Assembly: GCA_000708835.1 (NCBI GenBank)
Contig: DF237384.1
Coordinates: 14,379-78,378 of the forward strand
Length of the DNA stretch: 64,000 nt
Direction: 5' to 3'
From: Klebsormidium nitens
Lineage: Eukaryota; Plantae; Klebsormidiophyceae
Part shown: one piece after another, positions 1 through 12,300 of the stretch
Position numbering within the stretch: the first letter of the stretch is position 1
How the letters are laid out: every line of letters begins with the position of its first letter
Notes under the pieces: generated by a model
Databases searched by the model: none
What the model was told of the DNA's origin: nothing
The model's input: only the letters and a program-made list of their open reading frames with translations
Position numbers and translations under genes: made by a program

Positions 1-315
1 CAGGTGGGTCCGTTCGGTACCCGACCGCGCCCGCCTGCATGGAGGGCATCTTCCCAAGCGTTGGGCCCCTCAGCGGGGGAACAAACGTCTCCATCCTAGT
101 TTCGGGGCAGCTCCCGCATGGGCGCTCTAAGCCGCCGGTCTGCGCGTTTGGGTCGCTCAAAATCAACGGCTCCTACTCGCCCGAGACGTCAACAATCAGC
201 TGCACCGCGCCCGCGGCCGCGGCTATCGGCCTGTCACAGCCGGGAACGGTAGCGCTGACGGTCAGCCTCGACGGAAGAACGTTTACGCCCGAGGGGGCGG
301 CTTTTACTTACTACG
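1..315 (+). CDS. Cassette exon 1 (3' part only): IPT/TIG domain
   Basis: ACMEGIFPSVGPLSGGTNV...GQLP-HGRS-KPPVCAFG...ISC...VSLDGRTF...FTYY, ending at the phase-1 donor g|gtgag. Confidence 0.85.
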
Positions 316-3300
316 GTGAGTTCTCCAACGCCGCTCGCCCACGTTTTGCCGCTCAACAAAGAAGCTATATCTTCACGTCTTTGAGCGAACGTACGGACTG
401 ACGACTCACATGACCGTACCCTGCACCCTTGGGAGAATGATTGCGGACGTTTCTCACGAGCTGCCGTGCTATGATCACCGTCCCAAAAATGTGTCCAAAA
501 CCTCCACCCTTGATTCTTTCCGTGTGGTCATGGATTTGCATCAGCTACTTTGGCTTTGTAACCGTCATATGTTTGACCTAACTGAGATCTGAAAAGCCCT
601 GAATCTGAGCGGATCTCTCTTCCCAAGTTGCAAGGAACCCGTCGCTTGTGACGTAGATGAAAAAGAATCCTTCCAAAAGAGAGCGTCTACTTTCACTAAC
701 CGCCGCAAACTTCCGCTCCTGCTCAGCGGACTTCTACCCCCACAACTTCCGAAACGTGCCGCCACCGCCTGACCAGCTGACGACGCCCTTCCAACCGACG
801 ATCCCCTTAGACTCCGCCCCCTTCCCGGGCGCCTTCTCGGACTTCGACCTGGTTGCCACGTCAGCGACCTGCAAGCTGAACGGCCTGGTGACGCCAGCAA
901 TCTACCAGCCTCTGGCGACCGTCTACTATTGGTGGGGTTATGTGCGGGAGCAGCCGACCATAAGCTGCGTCACTAGAGGATCTCCTATGGGCGACCGTAA
1001 CCTGCAAGTCTCGTTGGACGGGCAGCATTACGTCACCGTGACCCCGGCCCTGGACCAGCAAACGGACCTTTACAGTCCTGGCAATTTCGTCACCCGGCCT
1101 GACCCAACTGCCCTTGTGGAGCGCCATTCCGGTCGGGCCAACTTCACCCGGCTGCCAGCGACGTCCCGATACTGCATCGCTTTCCGAACCGGCGCGGCCG
1201 CCGTAGCCGCTCTCGCGGGCCTCACCATCGNNNNNNNNNNNNNNNNNNNNNNNNNNNNNNNNNNNNNNNNNNNNNNNNNNNNNNNNNNNNNNNNNNNNNN
1301 NNNNNNNNNNNNNNNNNNNNNNNNNNNNNNNNNNNNNNNNNNNNNNNNNNNNNNNNNNNNNNNNNNNNNNNNNNGGGCCAACTTCACCCGGCTGCCAGCG
1401 ACGTCCCGATACTGCATCGCTTTCCGAACCGGCGCGGCCGCCGTAGCCGCTCTCGCGGGCCTCACCATCGACACCGGGGATCTGTCCCCGGCATTCGATC
1501 CCAAGGTCTTCAACTACTCGACGACCGCCCCGCCGGGCACTACTGCGGCGAGCCTTGACTTTATTCCGGGCCCAATGTTGTCCTCGGTTAGCATCCAGGG
1601 CGTTCCCGTGGCGCTTGACTGGTCGCGCGGCGCGGCGCGCAACAACGCGCACACTGTGACCCGGTTGACCCCCGGCTGGAACATTATCGCCGTGGAAGTG
1701 ACGGCGCCAAACGGCTTCTCGCTGACGTCATACACGGTGGACGTCTTTGTGGCATCGCCGTGCCCCAAGGGCCACCCAAAAAAGCCGCCCGCGGCCGCGT
1801 GCCTGCTGAGCCTTTCCCCCGACGTGGGCCCGGTGACCGGGGGGACTAGAGTGGCGCTCCAATTCCCGGCCGGTCAACTGCCAGTCTCTGGGAACTGCTG
1901 GTGGTGCTCCCCGAACTACAACCGATTCCAGCCCGCGATCAATGCGAAGAATCCAGTCTGCAACTTCGGCGGGCGCAAGGTGACGGCCGAGTACGAGAAC
2001 TGGAGCAGCACGAGCATTGTTTGCTACGCGCCACCCTGGGATGGGGCGGCCGCAGTGGACGTGACCTTCAGTCTCGACGGCACCACGTTCAGCGCTGCCG
2101 GCGGACGTTTCTTTTACCACGGTGAGTCAATCTCACATCCGCTGATCAGTTTGTCCAAAGATCGAAACCTGTGTTGTCTCCTGTCCGTACATCTGCAAAC
2201 GAACAGGTTTGCCAAGGCAACTGAAGCCACAAAAGGATTTCAATTGTGTGCTGTTCTTGGGAGCTGCGAAGGTAGAATAGTGATGATCTTGCAATCTGAG
2301 CCCGCTGATCAGCAAGCTTCTCTACAAGTGGCTCTTTAAGCTTCATGCATCTGAATCCTTACACCTCTTGGTAACGTAATCTTGCCTTTCAACCGCCGGT
2401 CCTATGCAACGAGTCTAGGTGCTTCAGTTCCCTTTACATCACACTCACTTACGAGGCTCCGCTGTCTGCACTTCGTGTCCCGATGTTTTAGTCCCCAGTC
2501 CTTTAATCTTTCAGCTTCTTCGACTTTCTCACGATCCTTTTCCTTCTGCAGCGCCCTACTCCCCCGGGAACTTGACCACGGCGCCGTCTACATTACGGGT
2601 GGCCACACAGTTCGACGCAATCGTTCCCCTTACTGGACCTTCATTCCCCAGCAGCTACAAGAACTTTGCTGCACTGCCAGCGCAGTGCCGGATCTCCTAT
2701 ATGGGGACCACAGCGGCGCTTTACATTCCGCCCAGCGGAAACTCAACCACGCCGTCCTTGCGGTGCCGGCCGGTTCTCTGGTCGTACATGTCCCCAGGGA
2801 CATATAACCTTGACGTCAGCATTAACGGGTTCGACTTCGTACCCGTCCCCCAGCCCATCACATTTCTCCCCCGGGACTCCTCGGCCAATGAGATGAGCTA
2901 CACGTGGTTTCAAAGCCCCGGCTCCAAGCTGCTGCCGGCAACCGACGCTTACTGCGTCGGTTATGACATCAGCCCGGAAGCGGACAACGCCACGCTCTAC
3001 AACCTAGGCCTCGGACGTTTGGATATGAAACCCGCATACAGCGCCGACGTCCACTTCTACTCCGCGAGCGCGCCCTACGACGCGCGCGTGCTTGAGGTCG
3101 CGGCCGCGCCGGCCGCCGCGGGCGCGACTGTCGTGGTCAACGGGCGCGCCCTGGCTGGCATGTGCGCCAACGGAAAGTTTGGGAACAACGTCATAACGGT
3201 ACCCGTCTTGTATTCGGGGGTGCAGACCTTCACTGTGGAGGTCACAGCCCTCAACGAAATCAACCGAGCCGTTTACACGATCAGCGTCGACGTTGCTCCC

Positions 3301-6300
3301 GAGCCGCCCTCGGTGCCCTGCCCCCGAGGGTATGCTCCCCAGCCGCCAGGCTTCGCTTGTCTGCAGAGCCTCTCCCGGGGCTTTGGACCGACCGCCGGCG
3401 GCACTGGGGTCGTTCTCCGTTTCCCCTGGGGCCAGGCGCCCCCTGCGCTCGGCAACTGGATGTACGGGCAGCAGTCAGCTGGGCCCACCAAGCCCCCGGT
3501 CTGTTCTTTCGGCGACAGCCGGGTGGTTGGGAGCTATTTTGGAGACGGAATCTTCTGTAACGCCCCCGCTTTGGTTGCGGGGTCGGGTTCGCAGACCGTG
3601 CCGGTGACCTTCAGCCTGGACGGGGTCAAATTCAGTACAAGCGGGGCAAACTTTACATACTACTGTAAGTCGAAATCATCCTCTGTCTTGGGAAAGACCT
3701 TTGAAACTTGCTTTTGCCAAAATCCAAGAGTTTGGTTCAAGACAGTTTTGTCATTATGGCTTCCAGCAACAAGGTCCTCTCCTCGCGTTTCATCCCGCTG
3801 ATTTGTCTAGCCTCCAGTCGCTGGTATTTGCTACTTGACATTAAAAGCTACAGAAGCCAGAACTACAGAAGCCTGGCGGGTTCATCATACTTGAGGATAA
3901 GTCTCACCTATTCTGGATGTTTCGACACTTGACTGTGCAGGATCCGACCTTCCAATGGTCTGAAAAAGCTTCTGCAGAAAAAGGCTGGGCTTCAATTAGA
4001 TGATGGAAATTTTTCGACATAGAACGGAACCGACAAGTCTCAAGCATAGAGAAATGATGCGGAGTACGGATGCTCGTCTAGATTTCAACCACGTGCGCAG
4101 CTTGATTACGATGATAACTTACATGTGGCCGAGCTTCCATCGGCTCTTCATGAAAGGAAAATTTGAAGTCACTTCATTTGCGTTCAAAGACAAGATGTGC
4201 AGCAACTCACTCATCTGCCATTGGTAACCTGCAGCTCCTTTCTCGGCGACCTCTTTCGATCCTCCCCTTGGGAGCGTCTCCACAGGTTCCATCTTCGAAG
4301 CGACCATCCTTTTGGACAAGCTCGTATATCTGGACAACGCTGTCGATGCGGCCGCTGTTTCTAGCTCCGCCTCGTGTAATTGCGACGGGGTAACCACGCC
4401 GGCGACCTACCTGCCCCCCGGTGGAAACCGCAGCCAGCCCGCGCTGCGCTGCAATACCATGGCAACCTCGGCCGGAAACCTATACCTCAGGGTCTCTCTA
4501 AACGGGTTCGACTACGTGACGGTGCAAACGCCGATCAACGTGCTGCCTTCCGACGGCGCCTGGCAGTCCCCAAACCGCTACGAGCCGACCGCGGCCGCGC
4601 GCATGCTCGCGCCCGGCCTCTGCGTGGGCTACGCGGCGGGCCCGGGGACCGCCGACGCGTCGCTTCGGGGCCTGGAGCTCTCTCCAGGGGCGACCATGCT
4701 CCCCAGCTTTGCCGGCTCGGTGCTGTTTTACACCGCACAAGTTGGCTGGGACGTCCGTCAGGTGAACTTCACCGTCGTACCAAACGTAGTCGGGGCGACG
4801 GTGTCCATAAACGGCGCGCCGCTCGGCGTTTCCTGCGCGGGCGGCGCGATCGCGGGGAACGTCTTCTCGGCGCCGGTTCTCTTCACCGGCCTCAACCGGT
4901 TCACAATCGTGGTGACGGCACTCAACGGCTTCAGCCAGGCGACGTACCAAGTGGACGTATACGCCGCGGCAGCGCCCGTCGCGGCCGCGTGCCAGCGCCC
5001 GTACGCGGCGCAGCCCGTGACCGCGTGCCTGCGGAGCGTGACCCCGGGGCTGGGCCCCGTTTCGGGGGGCACCCAAGTCCGCCTCCAGTTCCCCCCCAAT
5101 CAACTGCCTCTGGGGCCCGCCACGTGGTACAATCAGTGGACGTTTGGGACGGGTGTCAAGCGGCCTGTATGCCGCTTTGGGGCGCTGACGACCGTCGGAA
5201 CGTACGGCTCAGACGGCGTTTCTATCACGTGCGCCGCGCCCGCATGGCCTGACAAGTTCCGGCCAGAGACGGTGCCGGTGTCATTCAGCCTGGACGGATC
5301 GACATTCGCGGAGCTGGGGGCGACTTACACCTACCACAGTAAGTTTCTTCTTGCACATCAATTTCTTTTTTCGAACATCACTGTCTGGTTGCAAGCTGCG
5401 ATGGTTTCGATCAACATGGCAACTTGAGTACGCACCTCTTTGATGACTGTTCAAATTCAAACGTCAAGCTATGGAAAGCTTTCACATTACTCATTTCGTT
5501 CCCTTGATATCGATTTAGCGACCGTTGAGCAGCTTGCTTGATCCTGGCTTTCAGCCCTTGTAACCCTTCAAATTTGCGCAAAATGATTCATTGCAAAGAC
5601 GAGAAGGAAGGAAGACTTTGGCGCTCCTTTTATGGCTGCGTGTAAACGTTTGTTTGCTATTGAAGTAGGGAGTCGAAACACTCTCAAAATTAAGGAACAA
5701 GAGCTGCATCGCAAGAGGTTCAAAAATTTGCACCTTTCTCTAGACCCAAAACTTCATTCGCTCTCTTGTCGTTGTCCCAGGTGTATTCCAGGCGGGCCCT
5801 GTCCTCGGCCTGCCTTCCCCGGCCTACACTGGGTACCCTCTCCCAGTCGTGGTCCCCCTCACGGGCCTCATCTTCCCGGCCAACTTTTCCACCACCGATC
5901 TCCTCACCACCTCTGCTGAGTGCACTCTCCAAGGAGGCGGAGGACCGGCCGCGACCTACCTCCCCTCACACAACGACTCAACCGGGCCTGCTCTCAGTTG
6001 TACCGTCCTGGTGCCTTGGTATTACCCTGACTTTTACTGGCAAACGTCCTGGACCCTGGCCGTTGCCTCAACGGCCAAGAATTCGTTTCCGTGCAACAAC
6101 CAATCAGCTTCGCGCGTCCCAACGTCACGAAGTACGACGGATGGAACTATCTGAGGTCGTACGTCAACCCGGGTGTGCGGTTACCTGCCTCGCCGGCTGT
6201 GTGCGTCAACTACACCACCGGAGGCGCTTCCATGAGCGCCTCCCTTGCCAACATATCTCTGAACGCCATTCCGCTACTCCCGCCCTTCGATCCTTCCGTC

Positions 6301-9300
6301 CAAGTCTATTCCGCCAACGTCTCGGCGGACGTCTCCCAGGTGAACGTCTCAATCGTCCCCGGCGTTCTGGGCTCGAGTATCAAGGTTAACGGGACGCTTT
6401 TGCAGTACGGCTGTGCAAACGGCACAGACTGCAACAACACCGCAACTCTGCGAATCTCATACGCCGGCCTCAACACTTATGCAATCACCGTTGACTCCCC
6501 GAACGGCCTGAATCAGACGGTCTACCAAATTCTGATCTACTCGGCGCCCGCCACTGACATTTGCCGCCGCCGGCCCTTCCCGCCGCCTGCGCGCACGGCC
6601 GCGTGCATTAACGGCGTCGCAACGTTCGCTGGCCCGACGACCGGGGGAACTAGAGTGGGAGTTCATTACCCCTACGGTCCGCTGCCGTCAGCCAAAGCCG
6701 CTTATTCCTCCGTTGGTATAGCCCGCTTGAAGCCGCCCACGTGCGCCTTTGGTGAGACACTTACTGTCGGATCGTATGCCTGGGAGGGGGATTATATCAC
6801 CTGCTACTCACCCCCTCAAGACGAGCCTAGGACCGTGGAGCTGCGGATCAGCTTCGATGGGAACACCTTTACCGCCTCCGGGCTGACGTTCTCTTACTAC
6901 GGTGAGACAAGCTTCCTTACTCTAGTTGTGCGTAGCTCGCAAATATTGGAGCGTACTCATGTGCTTCCTTCCTTCAACGAATTTACGTTGTTCTAGGAAA
7001 TTTGGACGTCTAAGAAGGAAGCTTCTTACTTGAAACTCGTCTCGTCACTCTGACGATGACTTCAATCAGGGTCACAAAACGCGTCGAGCGGACTGGTCTC
7101 AAATCGTTCCCGTGCTCCGGATCAGCATGCCCATCTGCCTAGAATCAAATATTATGATGGATTTGACCCTACAGGGGTAGGTAGCAAGGTCAAGCTCAGA
7201 TTTACCCTGGGCCGCAGACAGGCCCAAACCAGATTCTGGAGTTCTGCCTAAGTTTTATTTTTCAGCAACTTCGCCCCGAACTCAATTCTGCTTAGCCATA
7301 TTTTGAATTTTGAGTTCTCCGAGGATATTAAATCACCCGGTAGAACCTTGAAAGGACTTAAGCCGTCCACTTGCAAGAAGGAAGTATTGGACGTTTCGGA
7401 ATATTGATTCAGCGTAATATGACCCTTCTTCAATCCAGTCTTAGGAGGACAGAGTGGCGAGCGAATGTTAGCGGCTCCATCTGGACGAGCTGCTGATTCG
7501 GATTCTTGATTCTTTTAATTTCAAAGAATGGCAAAGAAGCATTTGCTTTCTTACCTTGCTGGTACTAGTCTCTGGTTTCAATCGCTCTGCTCCGTCTTCT
7601 TCTCTGTTTTGTAAAATCTCTTACGTTTTGTTGAACGAATCGTAGAAGTTTGCGAGAGATTGTCTTCTTCGAGCCGACCAATCTTGGTTCCTTATGGATC
7701 TATTGCCCACTCTTAGAAACACGCCTTGAAGAGTGCGGCGATTGTTTTGTATGTTGAATCTGTGGCCTCGCACTTTCGACTCGCCGTTCTCATTGCTGTC
7801 ACGCACAGCTTCAACTCTCACTTTATTTCAAATTGGCTGAGCTCTGCGTCACGACAGGTCTTCATAGCCTGCAAAGTCTGAAAAAAAGCAACAACACATC
7901 AGCTTTAGCTTTGCTCTGCTTCACTTCATGCATAGCTCCCCGGCACGATTGCTTCCAACCGTTCAAACTCTGCGCGCAGCGCCCTTCGAGGCCCTGTCGG
8001 TCACCACGGAGCCCGCCGCCCTCTACGTTGGGGCCATCTTCAAGGCGCGCGTCTCTCTGACGGGGCCCGTCTTTGGTCCGGCCTTCACCGACTTCGCCGG
8101 CGCCGACCAAACCGGCCGCTGCCAGATGCCGGGCAGCATCTCCCGGGCTTCTTACGTTCCCGCCAACGGAACCGGCGGACCGCCGTCCCTTTACTGCGAG
8201 GCCCTCGTCCCGTACTACTTCGGCGCCGGGCAGTACTCTCTCCAAGTGTCGCTCAACGAATGGGACTACGTGCCCGTCCCCCAGCCGCTGTCGTTTGCGC
8301 CGTTCAACGCCAGCGGGTCTGGCTATAACCGGCTCCCTAATGCGGGCGTCCGCTGGCAGTCCAATGTTCCGTACAACGAGAGCCTCTGCTTAAGCTACCC
8401 GGTTGGTCCCGACATCGACGACGCGACACTTTCGCAGCTCGCTTGCGATCAAGGGGGCCTTTCCCCGGCCTTCGACCCCAGCGTTTTTGCGTACACTGCA
8501 AGCGTTCCTTCGAACGTCACCCAAGTCTTCCTCACCTTAGCGCCAGCTGTCATCGGGGCGACCATCACCATCAACGGCTCACTGTTGGCGGTCGCCTGCG
8601 CCGACGGATTCCTCGTCAATAGCACGATCACGCTCCCTATCGCTTATGCGGGCGCGAATAACTTCGTGATCGAGGTGACGGCCCTCGACGGGATCCACCG
8701 CGCGCTCTATTCCGTTTCCGTTTTCAGCGCGCCGGAACCGGGGCTTGTAGCGTGCCCCAAAGCGTACGCGTCCCAGCCGCGCTCCGCCTGTATGCAGAGC
8801 ATCGTTCCGGTGGTGGGCCCCATTTCCGGCGGAACAACAGTGACCATCCGCTTCCCCTACAACCAGCTCCCTCTCGGCCCTGTAAACTGGTGGGACTGGT
8901 GGAGCAACTCGAACTACGGCTCCGGTGTGAAAAAGCCCGTGTGTCGCTTTGGGAGGTCACTAGTCACTGGGGCTTATGGAACGGACGGGACTAGCATCAC
9001 GTGCGTGGCACCCCCCTGGGACGAGACTGCTCCGTCGAGGACGGTGGCGCTCTCCTTCAGTCTGGATGGCGTTTCGTTTAGCACTGCTGGAGCCAATTTC
9101 CACTATCACGGTAAGATTGGCTTGTTTCAACCAAAAGCGCTGAATCTACTTGCGTCTGCAAACAATGTACTGTCTTTGATACTCGCTCAATCGCTTCAAA
9201 AGGCTAGGGCAAATGCAGGATCTGCTTCCTTTTCCCTTCAATCTCCGACCTGCTTGCCGCCCCAACTCTTGAGAGGTGGAAGCACTGTAGACCCAAGTCC

Positions 9301-12300
9301 ATAAATACCTTGATCACAGGGTGCGTGCTTTGTTGCTGCCTTCAGGACGATTCAAGCCGCTTCACCTTACCATTTTTAGCCACCTTTCAACTGAGAATTG
9401 TTTAACGTTTGTTCCGGATGCAGAAAGAGATGACGACTCCAGTCGCTTCCCGCTGATTCTTGTGTATCTCTGCCTTCAGTTCCCTTCACAGCCGCGGCTG
9501 TTACGGCTCCCCGCGTGCCAGTCAGCCTCGGCTCCCTCTTCGAGGCCCTTGTTCCGCTGGACAACGCGCCGTTTGCAGCGGACTTCACCGACTACGCCGG
9601 AATTTCCGCCACGGCGACCTGCGACATCCAGGCCTACCCGCGAATGCCCGCCGTCCTCATTCCCCCTGGTCCCAACCAAACCCTCCCAGTCTTCCGCTGC
9701 GTGGGCAACTCTCAGTTGGGGATTGAAGTCGGAACCTACAACCTGCACATCTCCCTGACCGGCCAGGATTCCGTAACCGTTCGCAAACCGATCGTTTTCT
9801 CGGCGCCCGGTGGCCCGCCCGTCGGCGACACCGGCTTCTATGCAAACGCGCAGCCGCGGCCGCTCCCGCCCTCGCCCGGGTTCTGCGTCAGCTACCTGGT
9901 GGGCGCTACGTCAGCCAACGTCAGCCTGTCCGCTCTCGCATTTTCGGAGGGCCTGTTCCCTGCCTTCGACCCGGGGCTCCGCAGCTACTCTTCCCGAGTC
10001 GCCTTTAACGTCACCGAGGTGACCATCATCGTGCTTCCGAGTGTGGTCGGGGGAAGCGTGAGCGTCAACGGACGGCCTCTGGGCGTCACTTGCGTCAACA
10101 AGACGATTGCCCACAACGTGTTTACGGCTGCCGTTCCTTACGCAGGGAACAACAGGTTTACGGTTGAGGTCACGGCCCCCGACGGCATCAACCGGGCGGC
10201 TTATACCATAGACGTATACGCGGATCTTGCCCCCGTGCCGGCGGTCTGCCAAAAGCCGTACGCGCCGCAGTTTACCACCGCGTGTTTGCAGAAGATTTAC
10301 CCAGGGGTTGGGCCCACGACCGGGGGAACCCTGGTCCAGCTTCAGTTTTCCTCGGGCTCTTTCTCCTACCTGTACTCCGTGCCTACCGTTTACTCGCCCG
10401 GGGACTGGCAATGGCGGCAACTGTGGACGGTGAAGCAACCGGTGTGCGCCTTCGGCAATCAAACGGTCCCGGGGACGCTTAATGGCGACTCTGCGGTGAC
10501 TTGCACGAGTCCCCCCGCGGCAAACGGAGCCCCGGAAACGGTAGCGCTGACGTTCAGCCTTGACGGACGGACCTTCTCTTCAACAGGCGCCACGTTCACA
10601 TACCACAGTAAGTGAAAGCCCCGTGTTTTCTTGTGCAATTTGAAAACGATACTCTGCCCATTTTTCGTTCCAGCTTCAAAGTGTTTGTGATAAGCGTTTC
10701 CAGTTCGACAGTAAATCAAAGAATAGACGAGCTAACCTGTCAATATATATTCTTGCTGTCAATTCCGCCAATAATAGCTTCTCAACGTCTAAGTTTTTCT
10801 CTGAAAAGTTGCCGGCTGTTGTTTCGCGAACTGACGTCCCCAAGGTTTTATGTTGCACAAAAAGTGTGAATCAAAATGTCCAACTTTGTTCAACCAGCAC
10901 TCAATTTGAATCATCTCGTGCAGCCCCCTATCAAGCGGTTGGGTTCGACGGGCTACCATCAACCCTCTACCTCGGGAAAGCGTATCAAGTCCACATCCGC
11001 CTCCAAGGACTCTTGCTCCCCGACGCATTCACCAACTTTGACCTCATCTCCCTGACTACCATGTGCCAATTCGAGGGCATGCGGACCGGCGCCGCGTTCC
11101 TCCCAGGCGACGGGAATGGCAGCGACCCCATGGTGTCCTGCGCTTTTTTGGCGCCCGGTTACTTCCAGCCCGGCCCACACAGCCTGAGCCTCTCCCTCAC
11201 CGGGCAGGACTTTGCGACGGTGCTCCAGTCCCTTGTTCTCACCACTCCAAACGACACCTCCTCTTACTACTACTGGTGGTCGTATCTCCCCGGGCCGTAT
11301 TACAACCAAGGCCTCCAGCTTCCTTCCTCCGCGGGCTATTGCGTCTCCTATTCCTCAGCGCCGGACGCCCTAAACGCAAGCCTGACTAGTCTGGATCTAG
11401 GCGGAGTCGCTCTCTCGCCCCCGTTCAGCCCCAGCATACTCCAATACACAGCATCAGTGACGTCAGCCCTGGACGCTGTAAACGTCACCCTACTCCCCGC
11501 CGCGCTTGGCGCGCGCGTGCGTGCGAGCGGCGGGGTCCTGGAGCCCGACTGCGCAAGCGGCGCGCCGGGTGGTAACGCCCTCGTCTTTCCGGTGCAGTAC
11601 GTCGGAAAGAATAACCTGACCATCGAAGTGACGTCAGCCAGCGGCCTCTCACAAGCGGTGTACTACGTCAACGTATACGCGGCGCCCGCCGATCGCACGT
11701 GCCAGGTCAAACCGTATGCCCCGAGCGTCCCGCGAAGCGCGTGCCTGCAGAGCATCTTTCCGTCGTCGGGGCCCGCTTCCGGCAGAACGCGCGTCACTTT
11801 CAACTTCCCCTGCGGTCAGCTCCCGAGTAACATGGGCCGGGACGGCTTTTGGGATGTGAAGCTGCCCATATGCTCCTTCGGCGGTCGGCAGGTTACGGGG
11901 ATGTACGACTGGGGCTGGGGCTGTTCTCTTTGGTGCTCGTCTCCAGCTTGGGATCAAAACGCTTCGGCGGAGAGCGTGGAGGTGACGTTTAGCTTTAATG
12001 GGGGCCGTACGTTTAGCAAAGCCGGGGCCATCTTCTCATATTACAGTGAGTATCTGCAAATGCATCAAGGATCTAGAGCTGCACCTTCGTCGCCAACACA
12101 AAGGTCATGGTTTGCAGCGTTCACTGACGATGGTGACGATGTTGTTGCCCGAATCGGACTTCCCCTGTGACTGGTAAACTGGAGCTTCCAAGACTGCCGC
12201 TGCGTGCAGACTTGCCTGCATCTGAGGCCTTTCTTTTCATATCAGCAACCTTATAGAAGGTTATACTTCTTGGATGTTTATAAGATACTCAAGAGGTCTG

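Noticed and set aside
1135-1470. Exact 96-bp direct repeat around an N run, suggesting an insertion with long target duplication
   Set aside because: It directly flanks a scaffold gap and collapsing it restores a normal cassette, so it is most likely unmerged contig ends.
6019-6107. An 89-nt GT-AG intron that would restore the frame in exon 5
   Set aside because: It would delete the conserved L.V.LNGQ.FV.V..PI strand present in every cassette, and no other cassette has an internal intron there.
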